From positions 608,001 to 672,000 of the forward strand of contig CAXXFF010000002.1 of the NCBI GenBank assembly GCA_963676835.2: a stretch of DNA of 64,000 bases, written 5' to 3'. Source of the DNA: Marispirochaeta sp. (GTDB lineage Bacteria > Spirochaetota > Spirochaetia > JC444 > Marispirochaetaceae). Positions 22,446-33,182 of the stretch are shown here, piece after piece. The translations under genes and the position numbers were made by a program. Numbering within the stretch: position 1 is the first letter of the stretch; every line of letters begins with the position of its first letter. The notes beneath the pieces are model-generated. The model saw nothing but the letters and a program-made list of their open reading frames with translations. It was not told the origin of the DNA and ran no database searches.

Positions 22446-23030
22446 ATGGCTCTCCCAAAAGCACACGAAAAGTTTAGTTACGCAGATTACCGCTCCTGGC
22501 CGGAAAGTGAGCGCTGGGAGCTTATTGATGGTGAAGCCTGGGCTATGAGCCCGACGCCAAGTAGTACACATCAGGGGATTGTTACGGAACTCGGAAGGCA
22601 GCTTGCCAATTTTCTTGAAGAATCCGGATGTCAGGTATTTGTAGCTCCCCTTGATGTGAAACTGTCGGATCCTGAAGAGGATGATGCGCCGACCATAGTT
22701 CAGCCGGATATTATTGTCTGCTGTGATGAGCAGAAAATCAGCGAACAAGGTATCCAGGGAGCTCCCGATTTTGTTATCGAGGTAGTATCTCCATCAAGCG
22801 GGGTAATGGATCGGAAAATCAAATTTTCTCTCTATGAGGATAATAACGTTGGAGAGTACTGGATTGTTGATCCTGAAGAGAGGGTCGTTGAGGTCTACCG
22901 CAGCACCGGGGAGGGTAAGCAGTCTTTTTTGCGGATTGGGGCCTTTTCCAGGGATGACCGGCCGGGAATAACAGCTCTTCCCGGTTTTGAGATGGACCTA
23001 TCCAGGGTTTTCAGAGAAAAAACAAGCTGA
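22446..23030 (+). CDS. Uma2 family putative endonuclease
   Basis: RWELIDG..MSPTP..HQ, VQPDI, APDFVIEVVSPS, EYWIVDP; ATG 22446 after AAGGA. Confidence 0.9.
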   Translation: MALPKAHEKFSYADYRSWPESERWELIDGEAWAMSPTPSSTHQGIVTELGRQLANFLEESGCQVFVAPLDVKLSDPEEDDAPTIVQPDIIVCCDEQKISEQGIQGAPDFVIEVVSPSSGVMDRKIKFSLYEDNNVGEYWIVDPEERVVEVYRSTGEGKQSFLRIGAFSRDDRPGITALPGFEMDLSRVFREKTS

Positions 23031-23131
23031 TTTTTTAGGGTTTTAACAGAAACCTGATAATACCTAATGAAAACGTAAAAAACTAACAGTTTATAAATAC
23101 TTACTGAGTGTAGACATTAAAAGGATTTTGA

Positions 23132-24463
23132 ATGGCAGTTAATGTATGTGTTGTAGGAACAGGATATGTAGGGCTAATCGCAGCCCTTGGATTAGCGGAC
23201 TTCGGAAACACCGTTACTGGTGTTGATATAGATTCTGAAAAAGTAGATTCCCTTAATAAAGGTGTACCCACGATTTATGAACCGGGCTGTGAGGAATATC
23301 TGCGACGAAACCTTGATGCCGGCCGGCTCAAGTTTTCCGCGGATATTAACGGATCAATCGCAAGTGCGGATGTAATATTTATTGCCGTAGGTACTCCGCC
23401 GAAAGAGGATGGAAGTGCGGATCTTAAATATGTTGAAGCCGTAGCGAAGTCCGTAGCGGAAAACATGAAGGATTATACCGTTGTGGTAACAAAATCCACC
23501 GTTCCTGTGGGAACCAATCGCTGGATTGCAGAAAAGATTATCGAGTTTAACCCATCTGCTGTGGAAGGTGAAAATTTCGATGTGGTTTCCAACCCTGAAT
23601 TTTTGCGGGAAGGAAAAGCGGTGCAGGATTTTTTCCACCCCGACAGAATTGTAATTGGTACAGAATCGGCGAAAGCAAAGGAGCTGATGGAGGAACTCTA
23701 CAGGGCGCTGTTCCTTAACCAGACTCCATTTGTCTGGTGTTCTCTGGAGACAGCTGAACTTATCAAATATGCTTCAAACGCATTCCTTGCTGTGAAGATC
23801 ACCTTTATCAACCAGATGGCCAACCTGGCGGAAGCGGTTAACGGGGATATTCATAAAATAGCCAAAGCTATGGGTATGGATGGGCGTATAAGCCCAAAGT
23901 TTCTGCATCCAGGCCCCGGATACGGAGGAAGCTGCTTTCCCAAGGATACCAAGGCTATTGTCTCAACCGGAGAGAAATACGGTGTGAACATGAGCCTGAT
24001 TGCCGAGTCTGTTCGTGCGAATGAAGCGCAGAAGGACTATATGGTGAACAAGCTTGAATCCATGTTCAAGCAGGCGGGTACTCCCGGTTTAAAGGGAAAA
24101 ACCATTGCGGTACTTGGCCTTGCCTTCAAGGCGGAAACCGATGATATCCGTGAATCTCCTGCATTAAATGTTGTGGATAAGCTGTTGAAAGCCGGTGCAC
24201 AGGTACATGCCCATGATCCCAAGGCAATTGAAAACTTCTCTGAAGAATATGATGATGTACTGTATTGTGCCTCCGAGTTTGATGCAGTCAAAGGTGCTGA
24301 TGCCATGATCATCATGACTGAATGGAACCTGTATCGCAATATCGACATGGAAAGAGTGAAAAAACTGATGCAGGGGAATATAATTTTAGATACCCGCAAT
24401 GTCCTGGATATGGAACGGGTGAAAGAGAAAGGATTTCTGTACCAGGGTGTGGGACGGGCCTGA
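23132..24463 (+). CDS. ugd: UDP-glucose 6-dehydrogenase
   Basis: GTGYVG, NPEFLREG, GYGGSCFPKD, LAFK.ETDDIRES. Confidence 0.93.
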   Translation: MAVNVCVVGTGYVGLIAALGLADFGNTVTGVDIDSEKVDSLNKGVPTIYEPGCEEYLRRNLDAGRLKFSADINGSIASADVIFIAVGTPPKEDGSADLKYVEAVAKSVAENMKDYTVVVTKSTVPVGTNRWIAEKIIEFNPSAVEGENFDVVSNPEFLREGKAVQDFFHPDRIVIGTESAKAKELMEELYRALFLNQTPFVWCSLETAELIKYASNAFLAVKITFINQMANLAEAVNGDIHKIAKAMGMDGRISPKFLHPGPGYGGSCFPKDTKAIVSTGEKYGVNMSLIAESVRANEAQKDYMVNKLESMFKQAGTPGLKGKTIAVLGLAFKAETDDIRESPALNVVDKLLKAGAQVHAHDPKAIENFSEEYDDVLYCASEFDAVKGADAMIIMTEWNLYRNIDMERVKKLMQGNIILDTRNVLDMERVKEKGFLYQGVGRA

Positions 24464-24481
24464 CAAAGAAGGAAAGAGTAA

Positions 24482-25105
24482 TTGAAGATTCTACATTGTA
24501 CGTTTTTGTTTATTCTGCTGATAACGTCACCATTGCTTAATGCTTCCGAACTGCATGATCTGCTTGAGGGTGCCGGTTATCAGCGGTCCGGATTAAACCA
24601 GGTTGATCTTGATACTCTTACTGCCATGGTGGAATTCGCGGAGAAGAATGAGCTGACAATCTTTGAAACCCTGTATGATGCGGGAACCTATCTTAAGCAG
24701 GCAGATGTTAGAGTGTCTCTTGACGGAGAGGATCTGCGTACCCTTAACCTGCGCTTTGATCTGGGCGGCGACCGGGTAAATACTCTGCTTCCCTTTGATA
24801 AAATCATCAATATTGAGATCGGATCCTCCCAGGGGAAAACAAAACCGGAAATGGAGGTTTTTCTGTCGGAAAAGCACTCCGATTTCCTTGAAATAGGTGA
24901 TTTTTACCTTTCCAGACATTTCGGGTTTGAGACGCTGGAAGATGACTGGTTTAATGATGCATTCGGCGTTAAGGTAAAATACCTCTTTTTAAAGCTGGAT
25001 CTTACCGGCCTCGAACTCTACGACAAGAGCAAGATTGCAATCTATGCTTCAAGTTTTCCGAAACCCAAGCGCTGGCGGATAAAACCTATCCGTGAACTGA
25101 ATTAG
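24482..25105 (+). CDS. Hypothetical exported protein
   Basis: TTG start; signal-peptide-like N-terminus ([21 protein letters not shown]); fills the ugd-rmlA gap; no family recognised. Confidence 0.65.
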   Translation: MKILHCTFLFILLITSPLLNASELHDLLEGAGYQRSGLNQVDLDTLTAMVEFAEKNELTIFETLYDAGTYLKQADVRVSLDGEDLRTLNLRFDLGGDRVNTLLPFDKIINIEIGSSQGKTKPEMEVFLSEKHSDFLEIGDFYLSRHFGFETLEDDWFNDAFGVKVKYLFLKLDLTGLELYDKSKIAIYASSFPKPKRWRIKPIRELN

Positions 25106-25140
25106 AAACAAAAGTATATAACTACAGGAGCAGATACTTC

Positions 25141-26007
25141 ATGAAAGGCATTATTTTATCCGGCGGAACGGCCTCCAGGCTGTTTCCGGCAACCAAGGCA
25201 ATTTCCAAACAGATTCTTCCGGTATATGACAAACCGATGATTTACTACCCGCTGTCGACTTTGATGCTTGCGGGTATAAATGAGATTCTGATTATTTCAA
25301 CACCGAGAGATATCGGGCCTTTTGAAGAACTTCTGGGCGACGGTTCGGAGATCGGTATGTCCTTTTCCTATGCGGTGCAGGAGAACCCCCGGGGATTGGC
25401 GGATGCTTTCATCGTAGGTGAAAAATTCATCGGCGGGGATAATGTCGCTATGATCCTGGGGGATAACATGTTCTACGGCCAGGGATTCTCCGCTATGCTG
25501 AAACGGGCTTCGGAACGGAATAATGGAGCAACCATATTCGGTTATCCGGTAAAAGACCCCAGAGCTTATGGTGTTGTTGATTTTGATGATAACGGGAATG
25601 TCCTTTCCATTGAAGAAAAGCCGGACAAACCGAAATCAAACTATGCGGTTCCGGGGCTCTATTTTTACGACAACTCTGTTGTAGATATCGCGAAGAACGT
25701 AAAACCCTCTGCCCGGGGAGAGATAGAAATTACCAGCGTGAATAATGAATACCTGGAGCGCGGGCAACTGAAAGTTGAACTATTCGGCCGCGGCTTTGCC
25801 TGGCTGGATACGGGAAATCCGACGGATCTGCTGGAGGCGGCAAACTTTATTGAGACTGTTCAGACCCGTCAGGGGTTCTATATCGCCTGTATCGAAGAGA
25901 TAGCCTACCGCAACGGCTGGATCAACAAAGAAAAGCTGCTGAAAAGGGCAGATACCCTAGGAAAAACTGACTATGCAGAATATCTGCGTTTTATCTCACA
26001 GGAGTAG
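25141..26007 (+). CDS. rfbA: Glucose-1-phosphate thymidylyltransferase
   Basis: [41 protein letters not shown]. Confidence 0.96.
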   Translation: MKGIILSGGTASRLFPATKAISKQILPVYDKPMIYYPLSTLMLAGINEILIISTPRDIGPFEELLGDGSEIGMSFSYAVQENPRGLADAFIVGEKFIGGDNVAMILGDNMFYGQGFSAMLKRASERNNGATIFGYPVKDPRAYGVVDFDDNGNVLSIEEKPDKPKSNYAVPGLYFYDNSVVDIAKNVKPSARGEIEITSVNNEYLERGQLKVELFGRGFAWLDTGNPTDLLEAANFIETVQTRQGFYIACIEEIAYRNGWINKEKLLKRADTLGKTDYAEYLRFISQE

Positions 26008-26009
26008 AG

Positions 26010-26549
26010 ATGCCTTTTACCTTTACCGAAGGGGAAATCCCGGGTCTTATAATTATTGAACCCCGTATTTTCCCTGATGATCGGGGATTCTTCATGGAAT
26101 CCCACAAGCAGTCAGACTTTGAGCGAGCCGGTATTGCCGGTCCTTTTGTTCAGGATAACCATTCCCGTTCATCAAGGGGAGTTCTTCGGGGTCTTCACTT
26201 TCAGACAGAACCCCATGCACAGGGTAAACTTGTGCGGGTAACCCGGGGAAAACTCTGGGATGTGGCAGTTGATATCAGAAAAGAATCAGCCACTTACGGC
26301 AGATGGCAGGGAGTTGAGCTCTCGGAAGAAAACCGGCGCATGTTCTATATTCCCCCCGGTTTTGCCCACGGCTTTGTCACCCTTGAGGACGGAACCGAAC
26401 TGCAGTACAAGTGTACCGCCGAGTACAATGCCCAGGCCGACGGAGGCATCCGCTGGGATGATCCTGATCTTGCCATAGCCTGGCCGATTACTGATGTTCT
26501 GGTTTCTCCCAAGGATGCGGAATTGTCCTATCTGAAGGACCTTGCATGA
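26010..26549 (+). CDS. rfbC: dTDP-4-dehydrorhamnose 3,5-epimerase
   Basis: DDRGFFME, QDNHSRS..GVLRGLHFQ, GFAHGF. Confidence 0.96.
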   Translation: MPFTFTEGEIPGLIIIEPRIFPDDRGFFMESHKQSDFERAGIAGPFVQDNHSRSSRGVLRGLHFQTEPHAQGKLVRVTRGKLWDVAVDIRKESATYGRWQGVELSEENRRMFYIPPGFAHGFVTLEDGTELQYKCTAEYNAQADGGIRWDDPDLAIAWPITDVLVSPKDAELSYLKDLA

Positions 26550-27427
26550 TCTGGCTTATCGGCAACAGGGGAATGCTAGGACAGGAACTTTCCAGAACAT
26601 TTACTAACGCGGGAATAGATTTTGTCGGCAGTGACCGGGAGGTCAGCATACTGGATCCGGAAGCTCTGAAACAGTTTTCAGATGCCAATAAGCCTGATTG
26701 GATAGTAAACTGTTCTGCCTATACCGCGGTAGACAAGGCGGAATCTGAAGAGGATTTGGCCTATGCCCTTAATAGGGACGGTATTGGCAATATCGGATGG
26801 CTTGCAGCAGAGCTTGATATACCGGTTATTCATATTTCCACCGATTATGTCTTTGACGGGACGTCAAAAATACCGTTAACCGAAGATACGCCGACCGGGC
26901 CGGTCAGTGTATACGGTAAAAGCAAGCTGGCAGGTGAAGAAGCTCTAAGGAGCGCTACTGACAAGTATTTCATTATCCGAACTGCGTGGCTTTATGGTCA
27001 GTTCGGGCCGAATTTTGTCTATACAATGATCAAACTGATGAATGGCCGGGATACAATAAAGGTGGTGAATGATCAGCATGGTTCACCCACATGGACAGGT
27101 GAGCTTTCTGCTCTTATCAATAAAATTATAAGCAATGACCGCACCGAATATGGCATCTACCATTTCTCCGGTAATGGCGAATGTTCCTGGTACGATTTTG
27201 CAGGTGAAATCTATCGTATAGGCCGGGAGAATGGTCTTATTGAATCTGATTGTGAGATAACACCCTGTACTTCAGATGAGTTTCCAACGCCTGCACAACG
27301 GCCTGAGTTTTCACTTTTATCCAAGGAAAAAGTAAAAAGCGTTTTTACCTTTACGCCGGAAGACTGGAAAGTAACCCTTGAAAATTTCATAAAAAACGTA
27401 AAAAGAAATGGAGTAGAAATTCTATGA
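26546..27427 (+). CDS. rfbD: dTDP-4-dehydrorhamnose reductase
   Basis: GMLG, AYTAVDKAE, ISTDYVFDG, YGKSKLAGE. Confidence 0.95.
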   Translation: MIWLIGNRGMLGQELSRTFTNAGIDFVGSDREVSILDPEALKQFSDANKPDWIVNCSAYTAVDKAESEEDLAYALNRDGIGNIGWLAAELDIPVIHISTDYVFDGTSKIPLTEDTPTGPVSVYGKSKLAGEEALRSATDKYFIIRTAWLYGQFGPNFVYTMIKLMNGRDTIKVVNDQHGSPTWTGELSALINKIISNDRTEYGIYHFSGNGECSWYDFAGEIYRIGRENGLIESDCEITPCTSDEFPTPAQRPEFSLLSKEKVKSVFTFTPEDWKVTLENFIKNVKRNGVEIL

Positions 27428-28491
27428 GATTATTACAGAATATACTGGTAACCGGTGGCGCCGGATTTATCGGCGTAAACTTTATACGTTATGTATTTGA
27501 AAAAACCGGTTTTACCGGGCGAATTGTCAATCTGGATGTACTCACCTATGCGGGAAATCCTGCAAGCCTAGAAGATATTGCTGAAAAATATGGTGATCGC
27601 TATGTTTTTATTCCCGGCGATATTCGCAGCAAGGGGACGGTGGAGAAAATCTTTGCCGAATATAACGTTGATTCGGTTATCCATTTTGCAGCAGAGAGCC
27701 ATGTCGACCGTTCCATTCTCGGACCGGAAGAGTTTATTACCACTAATATTATGGGTACCTTTACCCTGCTTGAGGCAGCCCGCAGCTTCTGGAAGGATCG
27801 GGATGATGTGCTTTTTCACCATATAAGCACCGATGAAGTGTTCGGTTCTCTGGGTGAAACAGGCTACTTCCGGGAGGATACTCCTTACGATCCCCGCAGC
27901 CCCTACTCCTCCAGTAAAGCAGGGAGCGATCATCTTGTGAATGCTTATTTTCATACCTACGGACTGCCGGTGACCATGTCCAATTGTTCCAATAACTACG
28001 GTCCCTACCAGTTTCCGGAAAAGTTGATTCCCATCATGATTATGAACATGCTGGAAGGAAAAGCACTGCCGGTGTATGGTGACGGAAAGAATATACGCGA
28101 CTGGCTTTTTGTCGAGGACCATGCCTCGGCAATCTGGGAAATTGTAACGAATGCTGAAGTTGGTTCAAGCTACAATGTGGGTGGTGAGAATGAGTGGGAG
28201 AATATCAAGCTTCTTCATGAGCTTATTAAAATCGTAGCAGATAAAACAGGTAAATCTGTAAATTCCATTACGGATACCATTACCTATGTGAAGGACCGTC
28301 CTGGTCATGACCGGCGGTATGCAATTGACTGCTCAAAAATCAAGAAAGATCTTGGCTGGAAGCAGTCGGTCACCTTTGATGAAGGCCTTGAGCAGACGGT
28401 GGACTGGTATCTTGGTAATCAGGAATGGATAGAGTCCATCCGCTCCGGTGAGTATAAAGAATGGGTGGAGAAGAATTACGGGAAGCGGTAG
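27424..28491 (+). CDS. rfbB: dTDP-glucose 4,6-dehydratase
   Basis: GGAGFIG, HFAAESHVDRSI, STDEVFG, YSSSK, DRPGHDRRY. Confidence 0.96.
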   Translation: MRLLQNILVTGGAGFIGVNFIRYVFEKTGFTGRIVNLDVLTYAGNPASLEDIAEKYGDRYVFIPGDIRSKGTVEKIFAEYNVDSVIHFAAESHVDRSILGPEEFITTNIMGTFTLLEAARSFWKDRDDVLFHHISTDEVFGSLGETGYFREDTPYDPRSPYSSSKAGSDHLVNAYFHTYGLPVTMSNCSNNYGPYQFPEKLIPIMIMNMLEGKALPVYGDGKNIRDWLFVEDHASAIWEIVTNAEVGSSYNVGGENEWENIKLLHELIKIVADKTGKSVNSITDTITYVKDRPGHDRRYAIDCSKIKKDLGWKQSVTFDEGLEQTVDWYLGNQEWIESIRSGEYKEWVEKNYGKR

Positions 28492-30335
28492 AGGAACATT
28501 TTTTGGATAAGAAACCAAAAGAAAAAGGTACTGTCGGAAAACTGTTAAGTCTCTTTTCAAAGAAGGAACGGAAGCAGTTTGTCCTCATGACAGTGGCGAT
28601 TCTGTTAATGGCATTTATGGAAGTCGGCGGTGTAGGTGCAATCGGACCGTTTATGTCCGTTGCCGCAGATCCTTCGGTAATTCAGACAAACCGTATTCTG
28701 CATTCGATCTATACATTTATCGGAATAGAAGATGTACGGTATTTTATTGCAATACTGGGTGTTGCGTTTTTCCTGATTATTCTCGGAACGAATGCTGTTA
28801 CTACGGTGGTTATGTTTTTCATGCACCGCTGGTCGAATATGCGCTCCTATACACTTGGGCGGCGTCTTATGTCTCAATATCTTTATCAGCCGTACAGCTA
28901 TTTTCTTGACCACAATACCAGTGAACTTTCCAAGAATATTCTCGCAGAAGTTCAGCAGGTGCTTACGCAGGCTATCCGCCCGGGTATGGAGCTTATTGCC
29001 CGGGGAATGGTCGCCGGAGCTATCCTTCTATTTCTGTTTATCTCTTCTCCTCTGGTGGCTCTCGTTGTTACAGTTGTGCTGGGCGGTTCCTATGCGCTGG
29101 TATTTGGTCTTTTGAGAAAGAAGCTGACAAGTATCGGTAAATATATCCGGAAATATAACCTGGAGCGGTTCAAGTATTCCGGTGAAGCTTTCGGGGCGAT
29201 TAAAGATGTAAAAATTCTGGGCAAAGAGCCGGTGTTTGAAGAGCAGTTTGCCTATTCTTCACGGCGTTTCGCCCGGCAGCAGGCAAACAGACAGATAGTT
29301 ACCAGCCTTCCCAGGTATATTATAGAAGCAATAGCAATTGGACTCGTAGTTTTGCTTATTGTTGTTTTTGCTGTCAGCGGTGCAAATATTGCGGAAGTCA
29401 TTCCGCTGATTTCGATATATGCTTTTGCCGGTTTCCGGCTGATGCCCGCATTAAGGATAATTTTTAAAAATGCAGGAGCTATTCGTACAGCCGGACCAAT
29501 TATTCATGCGCTTTACCAGGATATTTATAAAAATGCCGAGGAAGTAGAGGCATCAAGGAATGAGGCAGAAAGACTTTACAGTACAAGTGAACGTCTTGCT
29601 TTTAACAATGAAGTCATTCTGAAAAATATTCATTTTTCCTATCCAAGCTCTCCTGCACCTGTTTTAAATAATATTAGTATTTCTATTCAAAAAAACAGCA
29701 CCATTGCCTTTATCGGATCAACCGGATGCGGCAAGACAACCCTAGTGGATATCATTCTTGGGCTGCTGAAAAGTGAAGGGACCATTGAGGTTGACGGTGA
29801 TAAAATTGATTCCGGAAACATCAGGAACTGGCAGCTTAACTTCGGGTATGTGCCGCAGCAGATTTTTCTTGCGGATGATACTGTTTCAAGAAATATTGCC
29901 TTTGGTGTTAAGCCGGATGAGATCGATTTTGAGTCAGTAAAAAGAGCAGCAAAGATTGCACATTTGGATGATTTTATAATGAAACAGTTGCCGGAGGAGT
30001 ATGATACTCTTGTTGGCGAACGGGGTGTACGTTTAAGCGGAGGCCAGCGGCAGCGTATCGGTATTGCCCGCGCATTGTATCATGATCCGGATATTCTGGT
30101 TCTGGATGAAGCAACCAGTGCCCTTGATAATATGACAGAAGTCGCTGTAATGGATGCTATAAATGAACTTATGGGCGAGAAGACAATTATTATGATAGCC
30201 CACCGGTTGACAACTGTCGAGAATGCAGATGTTATATATATGCTTGAGAAAGGGCGGGTTATCGCATCCGGCAGTTATGACAAACTTATGCAGAACAGTC
30301 AGGAGTTCAGGGATCTGGCAAAGATTAACAGTTAA
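28461..30335 (+). CDS. Fused ABC transporter (TMD+NBD), PglK/MsbA-like glycan flippase
   Basis: N-terminal TM helices, GSTGCGKTT, LSGGQRQRIGIARALY, LDEATSALD; glycan-locus context. Confidence 0.85.
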   Translation: MGGEELREAVEEHFLDKKPKEKGTVGKLLSLFSKKERKQFVLMTVAILLMAFMEVGGVGAIGPFMSVAADPSVIQTNRILHSIYTFIGIEDVRYFIAILGVAFFLIILGTNAVTTVVMFFMHRWSNMRSYTLGRRLMSQYLYQPYSYFLDHNTSELSKNILAEVQQVLTQAIRPGMELIARGMVAGAILLFLFISSPLVALVVTVVLGGSYALVFGLLRKKLTSIGKYIRKYNLERFKYSGEAFGAIKDVKILGKEPVFEEQFAYSSRRFARQQANRQIVTSLPRYIIEAIAIGLVVLLIVVFAVSGANIAEVIPLISIYAFAGFRLMPALRIIFKNAGAIRTAGPIIHALYQDIYKNAEEVEASRNEAERLYSTSERLAFNNEVILKNIHFSYPSSPAPVLNNISISIQKNSTIAFIGSTGCGKTTLVDIILGLLKSEGTIEVDGDKIDSGNIRNWQLNFGYVPQQIFLADDTVSRNIAFGVKPDEIDFESVKRAAKIAHLDDFIMKQLPEEYDTLVGERGVRLSGGQRQRIGIARALYHDPDILVLDEATSALDNMTEVAVMDAINELMGEKTIIMIAHRLTTVENADVIYMLEKGRVIASGSYDKLMQNSQEFRDLAKINS

Positions 30336-30352
30336 AACAGGATAATAGATAA

Positions 30353-31090
30353 GTGGCAAATCCTCAACGAATAAAAACGGTTGTAAAAGAGGTCATACCT
30401 TTTGGTGATGATGTCTATAAGGTAGATTTCCTTTCTGAAAAAAAATTCTCCAGATTTAAACCGGGACAGTTTTTACATTTAACTCTTGAGTCTTTTGATC
30501 CGGCAACGGGTTTTTGGCCGGAATCCAGAGTGTTTTCCATTGCAGGCTGTTCTGATGACAGAAAAGAAATTTCAATTGTGTACAGTGTAAAAGGTATCTA
30601 TACCCGCAAGATGAAGGAATTGCTTCATCCAGGTGTTGAGGTATGGCTTAAAGCTCCATATGGGGATTTTATCATTCCAAACTATATAAAACCGGGAGAA
30701 ACCGCAGTGTTAATCGCCGGCGGAACCGGTATATCACCGTTTATTCCTTTTTTAAAAACTGTTTCAAATGATGTAAACGTAAAACTGAATTATGGTTTGC
30801 GGAACATTGACCTGGTCATTTTTGATTATGATCTTAATGAGGCTCTGAAAAACAACAGATTCAACCTCGATCTCTATCTTGAAAGTAAATCCGATAACAT
30901 TCCGCTTGAAGGTAATTTTTCTGTCAAAAGCGGGAAGTTGGCGATTACTGAAATTCTTCAGAATGGCATAGATATAAGCAATTCAAAGTTCTTCATATCG
31001 GGTCCGCCTGCTATGATTGAGTTATTTAAAAAACAGTTGATTGATTCTTCCGTTCCGGAAGATAGAATTGTAATTGATGAATGGGGATAA
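30353..31090 (+). CDS. FAD/NAD-binding FNR-like oxidoreductase (DdhD/E3-like partner)
   Basis: FKPGQFL, SRVFSIA, IAGGTGISPF, SGPPAM; directly upstream of rfbH. Confidence 0.8.
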   Translation: MANPQRIKTVVKEVIPFGDDVYKVDFLSEKKFSRFKPGQFLHLTLESFDPATGFWPESRVFSIAGCSDDRKEISIVYSVKGIYTRKMKELLHPGVEVWLKAPYGDFIIPNYIKPGETAVLIAGGTGISPFIPFLKTVSNDVNVKLNYGLRNIDLVIFDYDLNEALKNNRFNLDLYLESKSDNIPLEGNFSVKSGKLAITEILQNGIDISNSKFFISGPPAMIELFKKQLIDSSVPEDRIVIDEWG

Positions 31091-32409
31091 GAGTGAAAAC
31101 AGAAAAAGAATTGAGGCTGGAAATTTCCAACCTTGTTAAAGAATTTTTTGATGTTAAATTCGGGGAAAATACCTATATTCCGGGAGAAACACCTGTACGA
31201 TATGCAGGGCGTGTATTTGATGAGAAAGAGCTTCAGTCTCTGGTAGATTCTTCCCTGGATTTCTGGCTGACATCCGGTCGATACACAGAAGATTTTGAAG
31301 CAGAGTTTGCCGATCTTTTTGATCTTGAGTACGCTTTTTTGACCAATTCCGGATCTTCCGCAAATTTGCTTGCGTTTTCCGCCCTTACATCACCTTTGCT
31401 GGGGGATAAGAAACTGAAACCGGGGGATGAAGTTATCTCCGTTGCTGCAGGATTTCCTACGACAGTAAACCCGATTATCCAGCATGGTATGATTCCTGTT
31501 TTCGTTGATGTGGAGCTGGGAACATACAATATAAATCCGGAAGAGCTGAGAAAAGCGATCAGTCCCAAAACAAAAGCGATTTTTCTGGCCCATACACTGG
31601 GAAATCCTTACAATCTGGATGTTGTTCAGGAACTGGTTGAAGAGCACGATCTCTGGTTTATAGAGGATTGTTGTGATGCGCTCGGTTCAAAATATAAGGA
31701 CCGGATGCTGGGGACCTTTGGCCATATTGCCTCCTGTTCATTCTATCCTGCTCATCACATAACAATGGGAGAGGGCGGTGCGGTTGTTACTAATGATGAT
31801 GACCTGGCCAGGGCTGTGCGCTCAATTCGGGATTGGGGTCGGGACTGTTACTGTGCAGGAGGAGAAAACAATACCTGCGGTAAACGTTTTACCGGACAGT
31901 ATGGAACCCTCCCCAAAGGGTATGATCATAAGTATGTGTATTCTCATATCGGGTACAATCTGAAGGTTACCGATATGCAGGCTGCTATCGGCGTGGAGCA
32001 GCTTAAGAAATTGGACCAATTTATTGATAGAAGAAAAGAAAACTTTCGTTTATGGACGGAAGGATTTAAGAAGTGGGATGATAAGTTTATTCTTCCATTC
32101 GGGATAAAAGGTTCTGACCCTGCCTGGTTTGCATATCCGGTAACAGTGAAGGAAGATGCCGGTTTTTCAAGGACAGAGCTTACAGATTATCTTGCTCAGA
32201 ATCTGGTGGAAACAAGAAATATCTTCGGGGGAAACCTTCTCAGGCAGCCAGCATATCTGAATATTGAAAAAAGGGTAGTTGGTGAACTTCCTGTAACGGA
32301 CCAGATAATGAATCAATCATTCTTTCTGGGGACTTTTCCCGGATTGACTAAAGAGAAAATTGACTATTGTCTGGATGTAATAAACAAGTTTGTGGAGAGT
32401 AAACGGTGA
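31081..32409 (+). CDS. rfbH: CDP-4-keto-6-deoxyglucose 3-dehydrase (E1, DdhC)
   Basis: SFYPAHHITMGEGG (His in place of the PLP Lys), DWGRDCYC...NTCGKRF Fe-S motif, GYDHKY. Confidence 0.93.
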   Translation: MGIRVKTEKELRLEISNLVKEFFDVKFGENTYIPGETPVRYAGRVFDEKELQSLVDSSLDFWLTSGRYTEDFEAEFADLFDLEYAFLTNSGSSANLLAFSALTSPLLGDKKLKPGDEVISVAAGFPTTVNPIIQHGMIPVFVDVELGTYNINPEELRKAISPKTKAIFLAHTLGNPYNLDVVQELVEEHDLWFIEDCCDALGSKYKDRMLGTFGHIASCSFYPAHHITMGEGGAVVTNDDDLARAVRSIRDWGRDCYCAGGENNTCGKRFTGQYGTLPKGYDHKYVYSHIGYNLKVTDMQAAIGVEQLKKLDQFIDRRKENFRLWTEGFKKWDDKFILPFGIKGSDPAWFAYPVTVKEDAGFSRTELTDYLAQNLVETRNIFGGNLLRQPAYLNIEKRVVGELPVTDQIMNQSFFLGTFPGLTKEKIDYCLDVINKFVESKR

Positions 32410-33182
32410 AAGTTGTACTGCTGGCAGGTGGGTATGGTACCAGGCTTAGTGAAGAAACCGAGATAAAACCAAAGCCGATGGTAGAAATAGGCGGAAAACC
32501 GATTCTCTGGCATATTATGAAATTGTATTCACATTACGGGTTTAATGATTTCATTATATGCCTTGGCTATAAGGGATATGTAATTAAAGAATATTTCGCG
32601 AACTATTTCCTTCATATGGCAGATGTTACTTTCGATATGGAAAATAACACGATGCAGGTGCATGATAAACACGCAGAACCCTGGAAAGTTACTCTGGTTG
32701 ATACTGGTCTGGAAACAATGACTGGAGGCAGGTTGAAGCGAATCAGCCCCTATATTGGGGATGAACCTTTTATGGCAACTTATGGTGACGGTGTCTCAGA
32801 TATAAATGTTGCGGATCTAGTTGAGTTTCACAAAAAAAATAGAAAAATAGGAACTCTAACAGCTGTTCAGCCTAGTGGACGTTTTGGATCTATTGATATA
32901 ACACCTTCAGGTAATGTTAATTCTTTCGTTGAAAAACCGAAAGGAGATAATTCATGGATAAATGCTGGGTTCTTTGTATTTCAACCTGAAATTTTTAACT
33001 ATATCAATAGCGATTCAGATTCACTGGAAAGAACACCGCTCGAAATGTTAACTGCAGATAGCAGTCTTGCTGCTTTTAAACACTCAGGATTCTGGAAACC
33101 GATGGACACATTACGGGAAAAGCACGAACTGGAAAATTTCTGGCAGACAGGAACCGCTCCATGGAAGGTCTGGAATGATTGA
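32406..33182 (+). CDS. rfbF: Glucose-1-phosphate cytidylyltransferase
   Basis: LAGGYGTRLSEET..KPKPMVEIGG, TMTGGRL, FWKPMDTLRE. Confidence 0.96.
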   Translation: MKVVLLAGGYGTRLSEETEIKPKPMVEIGGKPILWHIMKLYSHYGFNDFIICLGYKGYVIKEYFANYFLHMADVTFDMENNTMQVHDKHAEPWKVTLVDTGLETMTGGRLKRISPYIGDEPFMATYGDGVSDINVADLVEFHKKNRKIGTLTAVQPSGRFGSIDITPSGNVNSFVEKPKGDNSWINAGFFVFQPEIFNYINSDSDSLERTPLEMLTADSSLAAFKHSGFWKPMDTLREKHELENFWQTGTAPWKVWND

